A DNA stretch of 64,000 nucleotides, from positions 18,662,001 to 18,726,000 of the forward strand of contig NW_026262582.1 in assembly GCF_021869535.1 (NCBI RefSeq), in the 5' to 3' direction. Below the pieces are notes generated by a model. That model had not been told where the DNA came from and searched no databases. It saw only the letters and a list, made by a program, of their open reading frames with translations. Origin of the DNA: Mytilus californianus (Eukaryota). Shown piece by piece: positions 12,374 to 27,300 of the stretch. How positions within the stretch are numbered: the first letter of the stretch is position 1; the number at the start of each line of letters is the position of its first letter. Made by a program: the position numbers and the translations under genes.

Positions 12374-15300
12374 CTGTAAAGTTAATATATTAATTATTAG
12401 CGTTTTCATATTATTTAAATCATGGAAACTATGAATAAAAGATGGGAAGGTACCAAAGAAAAAATCACTGCAAAAAAAAAACCAAACTAATTCATAAAAA
12501 AACTAAAAACTGAGCAACATGAAATAAACAAAATCTTATTGAAATATAGTTATGTATCCATGCTTTTCACACAAGACTCTGACAACGCTTACAAGGATCT
12601 GACATGGCTTTCAAGAATCTGACAACGTTTACAAGAATCTGACAACGTTTACAAGGATCTGACAATGTTTACAAGGATCTGACAACGTTTACAAGGATCT
12701 GACAATGTTTACAAGGATCTAACATGGCTTTCAAGAATCTGACAACGTTTACAAGGATCTGACAACGTTTACAAGGATAATTATGACAACGTTTACAAGG
12801 ATCTGCAAATGTTTACAAGGATCTAACATGGCTTTCAAGAATCTGACAACGTTTACAAGGATCTGGCAACGTTTACAAGGACCTTGACAACGTGTATACG
12901 GATCTGACAACGCTGATAAAGATATGACAACATTTTTAAGGTTCTGACAACGCTTTGAAGGTTCTGAAAACACTTTCAAGAATCCAACAACTCTTTCAAG
13001 AATCTGACAACGTTTACAAGGATCTGACAACGTTTACAAGGATAATTATGACAACTTTTACAAGGATCTGCCAATAATTACAAGGATCTAACATGGCTTT
13101 CAAGAATCTGACAACGTTTACAAGGATCTGGCAACGTTTACAAGGATCTTGACAACGTGTATACGGATCTGACAACGCTGATAAAGATATGACAACATTT
13201 TTAAGGTTCTGACAACGCTTTGAAGGTTCTGAAAACACTTTCAAGAATCCAACAACTCTTTCAAGAATCTGACAACGTTTACAAGGATCTGACCACGCTT
13301 TCAAGAATTTGACAAGGATACAACAACGCTATCAAGGATCTGAAATGTTTACACTTATCTTATAACGTTTACAAGGATCTTACAACGCTTTCAAGGATCC
13401 GCCAGCGTTTACAAGGATCTGACAACGTTAACAAGAATCTGACAACGTTTACAAAGATTTAACAATACTTTAAATGATCTAACAGCGTTTACAAGGTGCT
13501 GACAACGCTTTGAAGGATCTTACTTTGCTTTCAAGGATCTGACAACGCTTTCAATGATCTAACAACGCTTCAAGTATCTTACATCGTTTTAATACAAGGA
13601 TCTAAGAACACTTTCAAAGATCTATAAACGCTTTCAATGATCTGCCATCGTTTACAAAGATCTGACAATGTTTACAAAGATCCAGCAACGCTTTCAAGGA
13701 TCTAACAACACTTTGAATGATCTAACAACGTTTCAAGGATCTTACAACGTTTCAATACAAGGATCGAAGAACGCTTTCAAAGATCCAAAAACGCTTTTAA
13801 TGATCTGCCAACGTTTACAATGATCTGACAACACTTTCAAGAATATAAAAAGACTTTCAAGGATCTGGTTTAAATCGCCCAGTGCTAACCATGGAACCTT
13901 GAATTGTTAGATTCATTTTTGGATACGGTGACTCCATTGTAAAAACTTTTAAAATATGTATAAACTTTGAAAGATTTTATAAATGCTCAAGCGTGGTTTG
14001 GTTTTTAGTTTTTTTTTTTTTTTTAGAAAACCTGCATTGATCTATAAGATTCCTTTTGCATCATTTTGATGAATGATATCTTTATCCATACTATTTATTT
14101 ATACTTGTAATGGCCTTTTTCTTTTTAATTTTTTCTGTGTTGTGCACCTTAAAAAAATGAAAACAACATGTTATAAATTTGATGCGTCCGAAGCGCTTTT
14201 CTGGATTTACCTTCATCAGGAACGCTTAAAGCCGAATATTTGAAAGTCAAGGAAGTATAAAGACCAAAAACGTTGCAGAGCATAAACCAAAAAGGATCTA
14301 AAAAATAGCCAAATCCATCTAAGGCCAACTTTGCCTGAGTTAATATACATATACTGTGTAACACATAATTTTTAGTTACCTGTTGTTATATCCTTATTTT
14401 TATTTATCACATCTTTTTCTTTTGGTTCTTCTTTATCTGTGTTCATAATTTCTCTGACATCTCTTACTTCATTCATCATATTAGAGTATAGGAAATCGTC
14501 TTTGTTGTAATCATTCGTCGGACAAAACATACAACTAAAATAATATAAATAAATGGACAATGTGTTTATGGGACACAGATGAAGCCCCTCGCTCGCATAT
14601 AACGTTATAAAGGGCCATAACTCGGGAACCGTAAAAGTGACGCTATCCAAGTTCAAACTTGATCAGTGACACTGTAATTTGTGGTAATAAACATTGTGTA
14701 TAAGTTTTTTTACATTTGGTTGAGGCAAACTAAAGTTAGAGAACGGAAACCTAGCGTCGGGGCCATGAAATACATTTAATCCCCGAATATTGAAATATTG
14801 AAAGAAATCAAAAACACTAATCTATGTATATCATGTATATAGCAAATAATTTCACATTTATATCTGATAAATTTTCAGAGTATTTTCTCGGTAACATTAT
14901 GCACTTTTACAGCTTGCTCTGTTGTGCTGCTGCTTCACCATTGTCACATGATGCGTTGAGAGTTCATCGCTCTCAATCATGTTAAATATGACACATTCAT
15001 TTGTTTCCTATTCCAAGCCAAGAACAGGTATTGCAGTGGTTCTCGATGGATGCCGTCTACAATATCATTGATTTTCGTTCATTGTTTTTATCATAAATTC
15101 ATAACCTTTGATATATGACTATATGCTTTGTTCATTGAATAAAGGCCGTAGTTTTTCACATTCTAAGCATTTGATCTTTGGTGGATTGTTGTTTCATTGA
15201 CAATCATACAACATTTTCGTATATGTTATAAATTTTTATTGTTAGAAATACTAAGGATATTGAACTTTTCAAAGACGAAACGCGCGTCTGGTATACAAAA

Positions 15301-18300
15301 ATATAAGCTTGGTATCTGATACTTTTTGATTATTTATTTTAGCATCGAAGTCATTAATGATACCTGAAAAACTTTCCTAGTGAGCAAAAATATCCTTTTT
15401 CCTCTTTTTCTGGTTTAAATTTTTTGTCTGGTTTCGTGTTGTCAGAAGCCTGTTTTGTTTCTCTTGTGCCCCATGATACGATGTGAAGATTTCCAATCGA
15501 ATAAAGAAACATCAACATGGACATTGAAGGTATAGCCACAAAATACAACAACCCAGGTATGATACAGAAAAATTCCTGTAAAAATATGATAATATTTATC
15601 AAGCAAGTACTCAATGTGGTAGTAATGTACAGGATAAAAATAAGCACGGCGCAGAGGCTGTTCAAGATTTAAATAAAACTGCTGCTCTAAAGGGAGATGT
15701 GGGGTACGTATTAATTAGAAAGCAAGTAATAATAAAAATAATAAATATATGAACAAAAAATTCAAACAGGGGTTAATAAACCGTATAAGCTAATAGTGAA
15801 CCTTTTTGGAAAGAGCATTAGTCAGTTTCAATATGAACCGACTTAAAATGAGGTAAAAGATAGGAAAAACAGTTAATTTTCTTGTCTCCTTAAGTGCAAT
15901 ATACGATGGTGATTGGCATACCAGTAAATATGATATTGTAATTAAACTACTAGTATTAGAAAAACACAAACAATAACTGCCGTCAAATCTTTACTTTGTC
16001 TCTCTCGGATTTCGAGGTATGTAAAAACATTAACTGGACTTGTACTTGCATTGTGGTATGAGCATTTTAAAAATTCTTATATTTTGAATTCATACATCAC
16101 ATCAACTCTTTAAAAACCCATTACATACCTTTGGATGAACTAAAGCCGAAACCACGAAAACTCCTGCGACAAATATAATAAAAATGGTCGTCATTGAGCA
16201 AACTCCTTCATCTATAGCATCTTTAACTACACCAATCATTACAATCATCATCACAATAACGTAAATAGAGGATAAAACGGCGGCTAATTGAAGCTACAAC
16301 CAAAAATTAAGATGCATTACTGCCAAACAATGATCGTTATTAAATTTTATCTAATATCTACTCCGATGATTAAACAAGTGGTATCTTTTATAAAGACTAC
16401 ACACTAAGCAATTGTAACAGTATCGTAAAATAAAGGAAGAAAAAAAGGAAAAAAAGAAAAAAAGACAAAAAAGTGGCTAACTAAAGAAGCAGCGGAGTAA
16501 AACCATTTTTTTTCCTTCTTCTTGGGTTTATGTTGCTCAATATTTGTTAACGTTCAACATCTACATATGTACTCCACAATTTGAATTGAGTATCTAATGT
16601 GCAAAATAGATACGTATATATGCAATATTGTGAAATTGTTTCTCATTAGAGGTATTGCCAATTAATGAATATAACCGATACGTTGAATTATCACAATATC
16701 AATACAAACTTTATAAATTGTGACTTGGATGGAGAGTTGTCTCATTGGCACTCATACCACATCTTTTTATATCTAATTATGAAACAAACCTGTCTTTGAG
16801 ATGACGCATATAGAGTCATCAGCAGAAACAATCCGACAGGAAACAAATTCAGGAGAAGAGACAAATATGGGGGTATTGCTTCGAATCCAACAATAATCGC
16901 TCCCAAGATAATCATAAATATTGTCCCCGGTGTTAACAACGTGGATACAAACAAAAACATCTGGTAAACAATATACAGAAAAGAAATATTCTCGTTGATC
17001 TTTGTGACCTTCTTCCAGTCAAGTATGATATCGAGAATATTAGCCATTGTAGAAGGTGTCCATCTGCGACGTTGGTTGTAAAATTCATAAAACCCTTCCG
17101 GTGCAAATGTATATGCATCTGATTCTGCGCAGTACTCTACTTTCCATCCTTGTTTTAGCAGTAACGTACATAACCATCTGTCTTCACCTAAAAAACATCG
17201 GTACAACTAAGTTACATGTACTTTAGAAAATTATGTATAAGGCCAATCTGTATGAGTTGTCGTTCTTCTAATTTCAATGCATGCATACATTTTGTAACCG
17301 TTGATAGCCAAAGAGGTAATTTCGGTTTAGGATGGCCTTGTGTACGCTTATCTCAAGTTTTGTATGTAGCATTTTTGGGATGGTTGTGTTCTTTTCTCTA
17401 TACTTTTCATCGAATTACGGATTTTGATTGTTCCTCTAATATTTTCTGATAAACTAATATATGTACAATTACATGTACTTAATAGGGGAAATCTAATTAA
17501 ACACAAGTAGTTTAGTGTTTGTAATTTTTTGAATGTAACTTTATTACACTGAAATTATGATGGCAAAACAAAGATATATCAAAACGAACTAGAAAAGCTA
17601 TTGAGGGAGCAAGACAAAGAGTGCATACTCATGTGCTTTTATGACGATTTGTTTCGGAAGTGTTTTTTTTTGTTATTCATACATGTTTTTGTCCGGGTTC
17701 ACAGCATTCTGCATTCTGTGACAGTAAATATCATAATGAAAATACTTTTACTGTATAAAATACAACATGTCTAGATATTAGTGGACACTTTCGGAATTTA
17801 AAATATTAAAGTAAAAATACGATTTATTTTGTCCCAAAAGTATGTCCTTCGTATCACACATCCTCACTCTGCGTGACATTATTGTGTGGGTTCAAAAGTT
17901 TTGTTTTCGTGCCTTGGTCAAATTAAGAATGAAAATGTACAAGCCTAATACCTTGATCATATTGAACATAGTGCTGAGCTTCATTTGCAATTGTTGTGTA
18001 CTTTTGTAAAACCTCTGGATGCATAAGAGCGGAACCCCGGAATAGACTGAAGCATCCTGGACTGCACAGAACGCACCCAATCACGTGTTCAGTTGCTTTT
18101 TGCAACCAGTGACTAATCGCATATTCAAACTTCTGATACCATACCATTGGTCCTAAAAAGAAATTCAAGATTCTTGTGATTTATATGTTTGCTTGTTTCT
18201 TTAATGAGTTGTAGACAATAAGTACATGTATATACATTTATATGTTTTTGTTTATTGTGGGCAAACACGTATACATAGAATACTCGATCTGTAATGTAGT

Positions 18301-21300
18301 CAAATGAATATACAGTATTTCTGCTCTTTGGTCGGGTTGTTATCCCTTTTGACACATTCCCCATATCCATTCTCAATTTGATTTGTCGAAAATATAAAAG
18401 TTGTTTGTGCGAGTTTTAGAAACATGATACAAAGCGAGTGTAAGCTTTTCTACTGGTCGTAGCAAGCACAAATACATTTTATATTTCTGAAAATGCACAT
18501 TTATTGTATTTATCCGGCACTTGAAGCTTTAATTGTCTCTGAATTTGCAAAGAAATCAATAAAGTTTAAACACGAGCCGCGGAGAGGACCATCTTTATTC
18601 ATCCTGCGACAAGTCAACTGTTTTACAAATAATAGGCACACAAATAGATATGTGCTGTATTTGTACTTGTATAATTAAGATTCCTGTTATTCCATTTCCA
18701 TGTCGAGCAAGCGGTAAGTTGGATATTACTTTTTGCGCAGCAGTGCATGTTTGTCATTATCACCAGACAGTAAAATAAATGTACCAAATTTAATGGAATA
18801 CATTTTGTGATCGAAGTCTTTAACTTCCACTTGAACCTATTCAATTTATCGGCCCAAAATTCTTTTGATTGATTATTAATAAATATGGTTAATATATTTC
18901 CCGAGTGTCCATGGTCAGTGAAAAATATTTCATATATATTCAATGCAAAGAGTGAACGTGCATACAACCTAGGACTTTCCCTTCACAATGTACATGTATC
19001 TATAGGATTTGGCTGCGTATGTATACATCCACACACTTGAGAATATGTTCAAGTGCCTAATGGGAAAACTCATATTACTACACCACAGTTAACCCGTTAG
19101 GACTATCATTTTGAAGCAAGAAAAAACACATAACAACGTCAATTGTATGCGTAAAAATGTAAAACCTGATCCAATTGGGTGAATTCTTCCACAGGCTGCT
19201 CCAACAATCTTTGACTTATTCATTCGTCTCATCAAACTAAGTACAGCTTCCGGTTCAAAATCAACGTCACCATCGAGAGCTAAAAGGAATGTATTGTCCA
19301 AGGCTGCTTGCTTCCCTGAGTCACCATGCTTTTCTTGTATACACCATTGTAAAATATAATACATATACATAACCTGTGGAATTAAAAAAAACATGTGGAA
19401 AATATATTTGTTTTCTTTTACTATCAAAAAGAAAAGTACACTTGTTTACTTTCATGTATAATCAATTCCAGTGTGCTATTGGTTTACCACGACTAAAGCT
19501 TTAAGCAGAGAGTCAAAATTCAATATAACGAATCACTGATTAGTTAAAAAAAAAACACGTTCTTAATGGTTTTAAAATCTTGATTGAATAGACTTTCGAA
19601 AAAAAAAAACGAAAAAGGGACAGCATCCCATCCAAACAGAAACAGCTAACATTTGATAGTCGGTCGGAAGGGGGATAAATGACAACGAGACAACCACCGA
19701 TAACAAAATGTATGGTCATTAATAATTTGTGCACATTAAATATTGATACATTCGAGGTACATTGTCTCATTCCACTGCATTTTTTCGTTTTATTTCATCC
19801 CTTCTCTTACTGTAGATGACATATTCGTCACATATAACGGTGTTCTACTCCATTGCTGAAGTAAAGATATGACGTCAGAGCAAGGACTTTGAAAAAGCAA
19901 GCAAAGAATTTGACATCTATTTGTGAGGGCGGAACAAAATCGATTACAGAGGCCAAAAATCGCAAGAATGTTTTGATTTAACTTTTCTTTTACCTGACTC
20001 CACCGTTTTTTATGGCGAATTTTGGTCTTATCCTTCAAGTGAGCGACCATTTTGTTTCCTCCTGGAAGAATCCATTCGATTCTTGCTCCATAGGGTGTTC
20101 TATACATCATACCATCATCTAATTCTATGTCAGTACCATGAACGAAGCTGAAAACAAAGAAAACAATCAGAGAATGAGGACAATTTCATATCTTAGTGAT
20201 GATTTCATAGTTGGTGACCAATATTTGAAGGAGTCCCGCAAAATTTGCATTATTGAGTAAAACAAATGTGTTGAAAGAATAAAGCTAGTATACTAGAATC
20301 ATTGCTCTTTTTCTTTTTATGTCTTTAGCTACATTTTATAAAGGTGTGTCGAGTCTTAAAAACATTATTCTTAAAGATAATAGTTCAGTGACTTTGAACA
20401 AAGTAAATGTTAAAAATTGAGGTTTGGATATTTTTGTTCATGCATTTTTCCTATTTTCTCTTCTTCACGTTAATACATGATTACATAATGAAATCTACTT
20501 ATTACCTTCTCGTCGTATAGTTATTACATTCCCGCCGTATTGTTATAACCTTCCTGTCGTATTGTTATTACCTTCCCGTGGCGTCGTAATATTATTAACT
20601 TTCCGTCGTATCGTTATTACCTTCCATACATATTGTTGTTACTTTCCCATCGTATTGTTATTTCATTCTCGCCGTATTGTTATTACCTTCCCGTCGTATT
20701 ATTATTCCCTTCCTCCGTATTGTTATTATCTTTTCACCGTATTGTTATTACCTTCCCACCCTATTGTTGTTACCTTCTCGCCTTATTGTTATTATCTTCG
20801 CGCCGTATTGTTATTACCTTCCCGTCGTATCGTTATTACCTTTTCTCCGTAATAATATTACCTTCCAGCGACATTGATGCATTGGATAAATGTCTTTACA
20901 TAGCTATTTGCTTTTGGATATTTTTCTCCCTCTTCTAAAGGATCAAAGGCATCATCAAAGAAGACTTGGGCTATTCAATTAAAAAAACCCAATAAACATT
21001 GTATACAAATACACACCAATATACTGATAATATAAAAAGAGGGAGAAGACATCAAGAGTACACCTAAAACGACCCTTCAAGTTGCTTAATCTTTGCCAGC
21101 TGTTGATCTCGTTACATGTTTTTATGGGTATCGACACCTGCTGGAAAATATCATCAAATCACAAAAAATAAAAAAAATAAAAAACACTTATAAATTGCAT
21201 AAAAACAATACTAAGTCTTACATTTATACAACCTGAGACAACATATATAGCTGGTATTCTTTTTATATGTGCTGCTGTTTGATGGAAAATTGCTCGAAAA

Positions 21301-24300
21301 GAGATTTGAATAATTATATAGGAGGATATAGACTAACAAACTTAACTATAACCAACCAAACTAAATACAAAATAAATTGTAAAATCGAAGTGTTTCTGGA
21401 ATACAAAGTTTATGTAAAAATGATATCTTATAGCTACTTTGTTCTAATGAACGTCATCGATCTTTTTTGTTAACTTGCCGTTTCTAAGAAAACACGGGGA
21501 AACAATATGTTTGCCAATGTGTCTTGATGTCATGTTGTTATCCCATATGTGGTTTCTGTATTTCGAGGACCAATTGTCTATACTTCTATGGTTGTTTCTT
21601 CATTTTACAAAACAAAATCTGTACAAGTTTTTCTTTATAAATTATATGCGCATGTTTGCAAAGACATATTATAGCAAGTAACGTACCTTCGAGATCATAA
21701 GTTTCTTCTGATTGGTCCTCATCGGGAGACAGTTCCGCCATAAGGCTGTTCCTGAATTGATTTATGTCTAGCCTACAAAAGAGGGACGAAAGATACCAGA
21801 GGGACATTCAAACTCATAAGTCGAAAATAAACTGATATTGCCATGGATTAAAAAAAGAAATAGTCCCACAGAAAAACAATATTACACAAAACACAGCACA
21901 GAAATCTAAAGACTGAACGACAAGAACCCATCAAAACCTGTGGGCGATATCAGGTGCTCCGGAAGGGAAAGCAGATCCTGTTCTACATGTAGCACTACAA
22001 ATGATGGACACAAAATGATTGATTGGTGTGTTATACAGTACGCTGCATCAAATATAAATAGTTTATCGCGGCAATGGAACAGAATGGTCGGAAGTAACCT
22101 TTGAAAACGTCAAAATAATAAACTCATGATGATACATTTTCTATAAAAATAAAAAGAAGAAGTATCATTGCCAATGACACAACTCTTCACAAATTACCAA
22201 AATGACACACAAGTATACAATTAGTCTTTTTGTTTGCTCATATAAGTCTCAAGTACAGCTTTATCTTAAAACCAGACGTTATGACGTTGTTTTTATCGTG
22301 AAAGGTCTATACACTTTACCAAAGGTCTTTCTCAGCCAATTATAGATGTGATTGTAAGAGTCATATAAAAAATAATTTTACCTAAAAACTGACTTCAGAA
22401 GCTGTGTCATTTCATTGGCTGTTTCGTGCCACATCGTTGCACAGCAAGCATACAACATCCGTCTTTCGTTTTGCACTTTGTCGTTAACTGCTGGTTTGGT
22501 TTTGGTGTCATCGGAATCATCCTTAGTAGAAAATGATTAACTACCGAATAACTTTATTTCAGAAAAATAGCTTTACATTATACAAGAAAATAGCATTCGC
22601 AAATACTTGATGTGAAGCAATTAATAGACAACTAAATTGGAATAGGTGTAAGATCTTTTATGCGTAATAACGGATTTATAATCAAAAAGTGTGAACAATA
22701 GTGTTTAAAAGAAAACTTCGCCAAGAGATAGTGTTTAAAATGAAAATAAAGTTGAAGAAGTAGTGTTTCTAATGAATTATTTATACCTTGTTAAAGAAAT
22801 AGCGCTCCGTGAGAATACTTTGTTTACGAAATAGTGTTTCAAATGAATACCTTGTTGGAAAAATAGTGTTTCATATGAATACCTTGTTGAAAAAATATTG
22901 TTTCAAATGTATACCTTGTTGAAGAAAAAGTGTTTCAAATGAACACCTTGTTTACGAAATAGTGTTTCAAATGAATACCTTGTTGAAAAAATAGTGTTTC
23001 AAATGAATACCTTGTTAAAGAAGAAGTGTTTCAAATGAATACCTTGTTTACGAAATAGTGTTTCAAATGAATACCTTGTAGAAGAAATAGCGCTCAATGT
23101 GAATACTTTGTTTAAGAAATAGTGTTTCAAATGAATACTTTGTTCACGAAATAGTGAATATTGTATTGGGTTTTCTCATTGTTGAAGGCCCTAAGGTTGC
23201 TTATAATTGCTAACATCCACTTAATTTAAACTTTGGTGGATAGTTGTCTCATTCATACCACATCTCCTTATTTTTATATATTGTTAAGAAAACAGTCTTC
23301 CAAATGAATACCATGTTAAGGAAAATGTGTTCCAAATGAACGCTGTCCTTTCTAATGAAATTTATAAGTGTTCCAAATGGATACCTTAGATAAGAATAGG
23401 TGTAAGATCTTTGTTGCGTAATAACGGATTTATAATAAAAAAGTGTGAACAATAGTGTTTAAAAGAAAACTTCGCCAAGAGATAGTGTTTAAAATGAAAA
23501 TTAAGTTGAAGAAGTAGTGTTTCTAATGAATTATTTATACCTTTTTAAAGAAATAGCGCTCCGTGAGAATACTTTGTTTTGCGAAATAGTGAATACCTTG
23601 TTGGAAAAATAGTGTTTCATATGAATACCTTGTTGAAGAAATATTGTTTCAAATGTATACCTTGTTGAAGAAAAAGTGTTTCAAATGAACACCTTGTTTA
23701 CGAAATAGTGTTTCAAATGAATACCTTGTTGAAAAAATAGTGTTTCAAATGAATACCTTGTTGAAGAAACAGTGTTTCAAATGAATACCTTGTTTACGAA
23801 AAAGTGTTTCAAATGAATAACTTGTAGAAGAAATAGCGCTCAATGTGAACACTTTGTTTACGAAATAGTGTTTCAAATGAATACCTTGTAGAAGAAATAG
23901 CGCTCAATGTGAACACTTTGTTTAAGAAATAGTGTTTCAAATGAATACTTTGTTCACGAAATAGTGTTTCAAATGAAAACTTTGTTCACGAAATAGTGTT
24001 TCAAATGAATACTTTGTTCACGATTTAGTGTTTTAAATAGATACCTTGTTGCAGAAATATTGTTGAAATGAATACCTTGTTGAAAAAAATTTATTTCAAT
24101 GAAAACCTTGTTGAAAAAATAGTATTTCAAATGAACGCCTTGTTGAAAAAACAGTATTTCAAATGAATACCCTGTTGACGAAATAGTGTTTCAAATGAAT
24201 ACCTTGTTGAAGGAATAGTGTTTCAAATGAATACCTTGTTGAAGAAATAGTGTTTCAAATAAATACACTGTTGACGAAATAGTGTTTCAAATGAATACTT

Positions 24301-27300
24301 TGTTGAAGGAAAAGTGTTTCAAATGAATACCTTGTTGAAAAAAATAGTGTTTCAAATAAACATCTTGTTGAAGAAATAGTGTTTCAAATGAATACCTTGT
24401 TGAAAAAAATAGTGTTTCAAATGAACACCTTGTAGAAAGAATAGTGTTTCAAATGAACACCTTGTTGAAGAAATAGTGTTTCAAATAAATACCCTGTTGA
24501 CGAAATAGTATTTCAAATGAATACCTTGTTGAAGGAATAGTGTTTCAAATGAACACCTTGTTGAAGAAATAGTGTTTCAAATAAATACCCTGTTGACGAA
24601 ATAGTATTTCAAATGAATACCTTGTTGAAGAAATAGTGTTTCAAATAAATACCCTGTTGACGAAATAGTATTTCAAATGAATACCTTGTAGAAGAAATAG
24701 TGTTTCAAATGAATACCTTGTTGAAAAAATAGTGTTTCAAATGAACATCTTGTTGAAGAAATAGTGTTTCAAATGATTACCTTGTTGAAGAAAAAGTGTT
24801 TCAAATGAATACCTTGTTGAAGAAATAGTGTTTAAAATGAACACCATGTTGAGGAAATAGTGTTTCAAATGAATACCTTGTTAACGAAATAGTGTTTTAA
24901 ATGAATACCGTGTTAAAGAAATAGTGTTTCAAATGAACATCTTGTTGAAGAAATAGTGTTTCAAATGATTACCTTATTGAAGAAATTGTGTTTCAAATGG
25001 ATACCTTGTTTACGAAATAGTGTTTTAAATAAATACCTTATTGAAGAAATAGTGTTTCCAATGAATACATTATTGAAGAAATAGTGTTTCAAATGAATAC
25101 CTTGTTGAAGAAACAGTGTTTCAAATGAACACCTTGTTGAAGAAATAGTTCTCCATATGTGAATACCTTGTTTACGAAATAGTGTTCCAAAAAGTTTAAT
25201 TCTTGGAAATTATTGTCAGTAACAGCGAGTACTCTCCGATCTGTACATGAACTTTAGTGTCTTTTGGGTTTTGGGATGTATAAGCACCCGTATACGTCCA
25301 CTCTGTGTTTTTCTATTTGTATCCATCTGACAAGTCTTTTTCAACTAATTTATATAGTTTGTTTTTAAATTGTATGTTACATCACTGTCCCAAGTTAGGG
25401 GTAGTGTCGGGCGCCCACAAACATGTTTAACCCCGCAACATTCGTTATGTGATTGTCCCAAGTCAGGAGCCTGTAGTTCAGTCGTTGGTTCATGTTTGTC
25501 ATATATATTTTTTTTCGTTAACTGTTTTGTTAAAAATTAGGTCGTTAGCATTCTCAATTGAATATAGTTTCATATTTTTCATGTCGGGGCCTTTTATAGC
25601 GGACAATATTGTATTGGGTTTTCTCATTGTTGAAGGCCCTAAGGTTGCTTATAATTGCTAACATCCACTTAATTTAAACTTTGGTGGATAGTTGTCTCAT
25701 TGGCAATCATACCACATCTCCTTATTTTTATATATTGTTAAGAAAACAGTCTTCCAAATGAATACCATGTTAAGGAAAATGTGTTCCAAATGAACGCTGT
25801 CCTTTCTAATGAAATTTATTAGTGTTCAAAATGGATACCTTAGATAAGACAAAACTGTATTCTTTGTCATTTCTCCTCCGATTCAGTAACAGCGACAGGT
25901 CAATAAATAGTGCGCAATAGAAATTAGATACAAACATCCTGTAAGAACAGAAGACAAAAATAATGCAATCATTTTGATAACACAACGCTTTGATAACAAT
26001 AATAACTCATAAACACTTATACTGATTTTTGAGCTATAATGAAATATTGGGATACGTAACAACTCGTACATCATTGCTACAAACCATTTTTACAACTTGA
26101 CTTCAAAATTAATCAATGCAATGCTAGATTCAATTAAGACTTTAAAATTGAATGTTTCCAACTTATTTATACTTGATCATAACAGTATTTTCTTTCGTAA
26201 GGGTGTTGTACATCTGTTTTATAATTAAAAAAAAAACCATAAAAAAAACCCCAAAAAAACAAGGGTACACATGAAATGTCTCGCTTTTTTACTAACAATT
26301 GATGTTATGTTGATAGACCTAACTATAAAGCTTTACTACAACTATACATAAACTTAACATGATCCAAGAAAATGATGTCAAGGTTATATAAACCGAAGGA
26401 GAAATACATGTACACCTTACAATCATTCAATACACTAAATATAGTTGACCTATTGCTGATAGTTTCTATGAAACAGACTTAACCAAAAAAAACAAAAAAA
26501 AAAAACTGAAAATGAGGTCAAGGTCAGATGAAACCTGCCAGTTGTACACCTTACCATCATTCCATACACCAAATATAGAAGACCTATTGCATACAGTATA
26601 AGAAAATCAGATCAAAACACAAAAACTTTACTATAACCACTGAACCGTGAAAATGAGGTCAAGGTCAGATGACACCTGCCAGTTGTACATGTACACCTTA
26701 CAATCCTACCATACACCAAATATACTAGACCTATTGCTTATAGTATCTGAGATATGGACTTGACCACACCAAAACTTAACCTTGTTCACTGATCCATGAA
26801 ATGAGGTCGTGGTCAAATGAAAACTATCTGACAGGCATAGGGACCTTGCAAGGTACGCACATACCAAATATAGCTATCCTATTACTCATCATGCTCATAA
26901 TGAGAGAGAAATTAACATTACAAAAAACTCTTAATTTTTTTTTCAAGTAGTCACTGAACCATGCAAATGAGGTCAAGGACAATGGTCATGTGACAGGCGG
27001 ATATTTTGTTACATAAGGCATCTATATACAAAGTATGAAGCATCCAGGTATTCCACCTTCTAAAATATAAAGCTTTAAAGAAGTTAGTTAACGCCGACGC
27101 CGCCGCCGGATCACTATCCCTATGTCGAGCTTTCTGCAACTAAAGTCGCAGGCTCGACAAAAAACCAGTACCTTTCAAAAATTCTCCGTTAATAAAGTTA
27201 GAAGTTGATCGTAGAGGAAGATGGCTATGTTTAAGGTCCCTTTTAGTTATACAGTTTAATATGGCAAGCCGTTTTACTATTTATTCTAACTTCAAGATAT

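Noticed and set aside
12749-13304. Two near-identical 'DPCKRCQIL' ORFs
   Set aside because: Translations of the 20-bp minisatellite and its 265-bp duplication.
20562-20938. Three overlapping Tyr/Cys/Pro-rich ORFs
   Set aside because: Frame products of the 22-bp minisatellite.
22700-25190. 32-bp repeat resembling a CRISPR repeat in length
   Set aside because: Head-to-tail units with no unique spacers, eukaryotic intron context, no cas genes.
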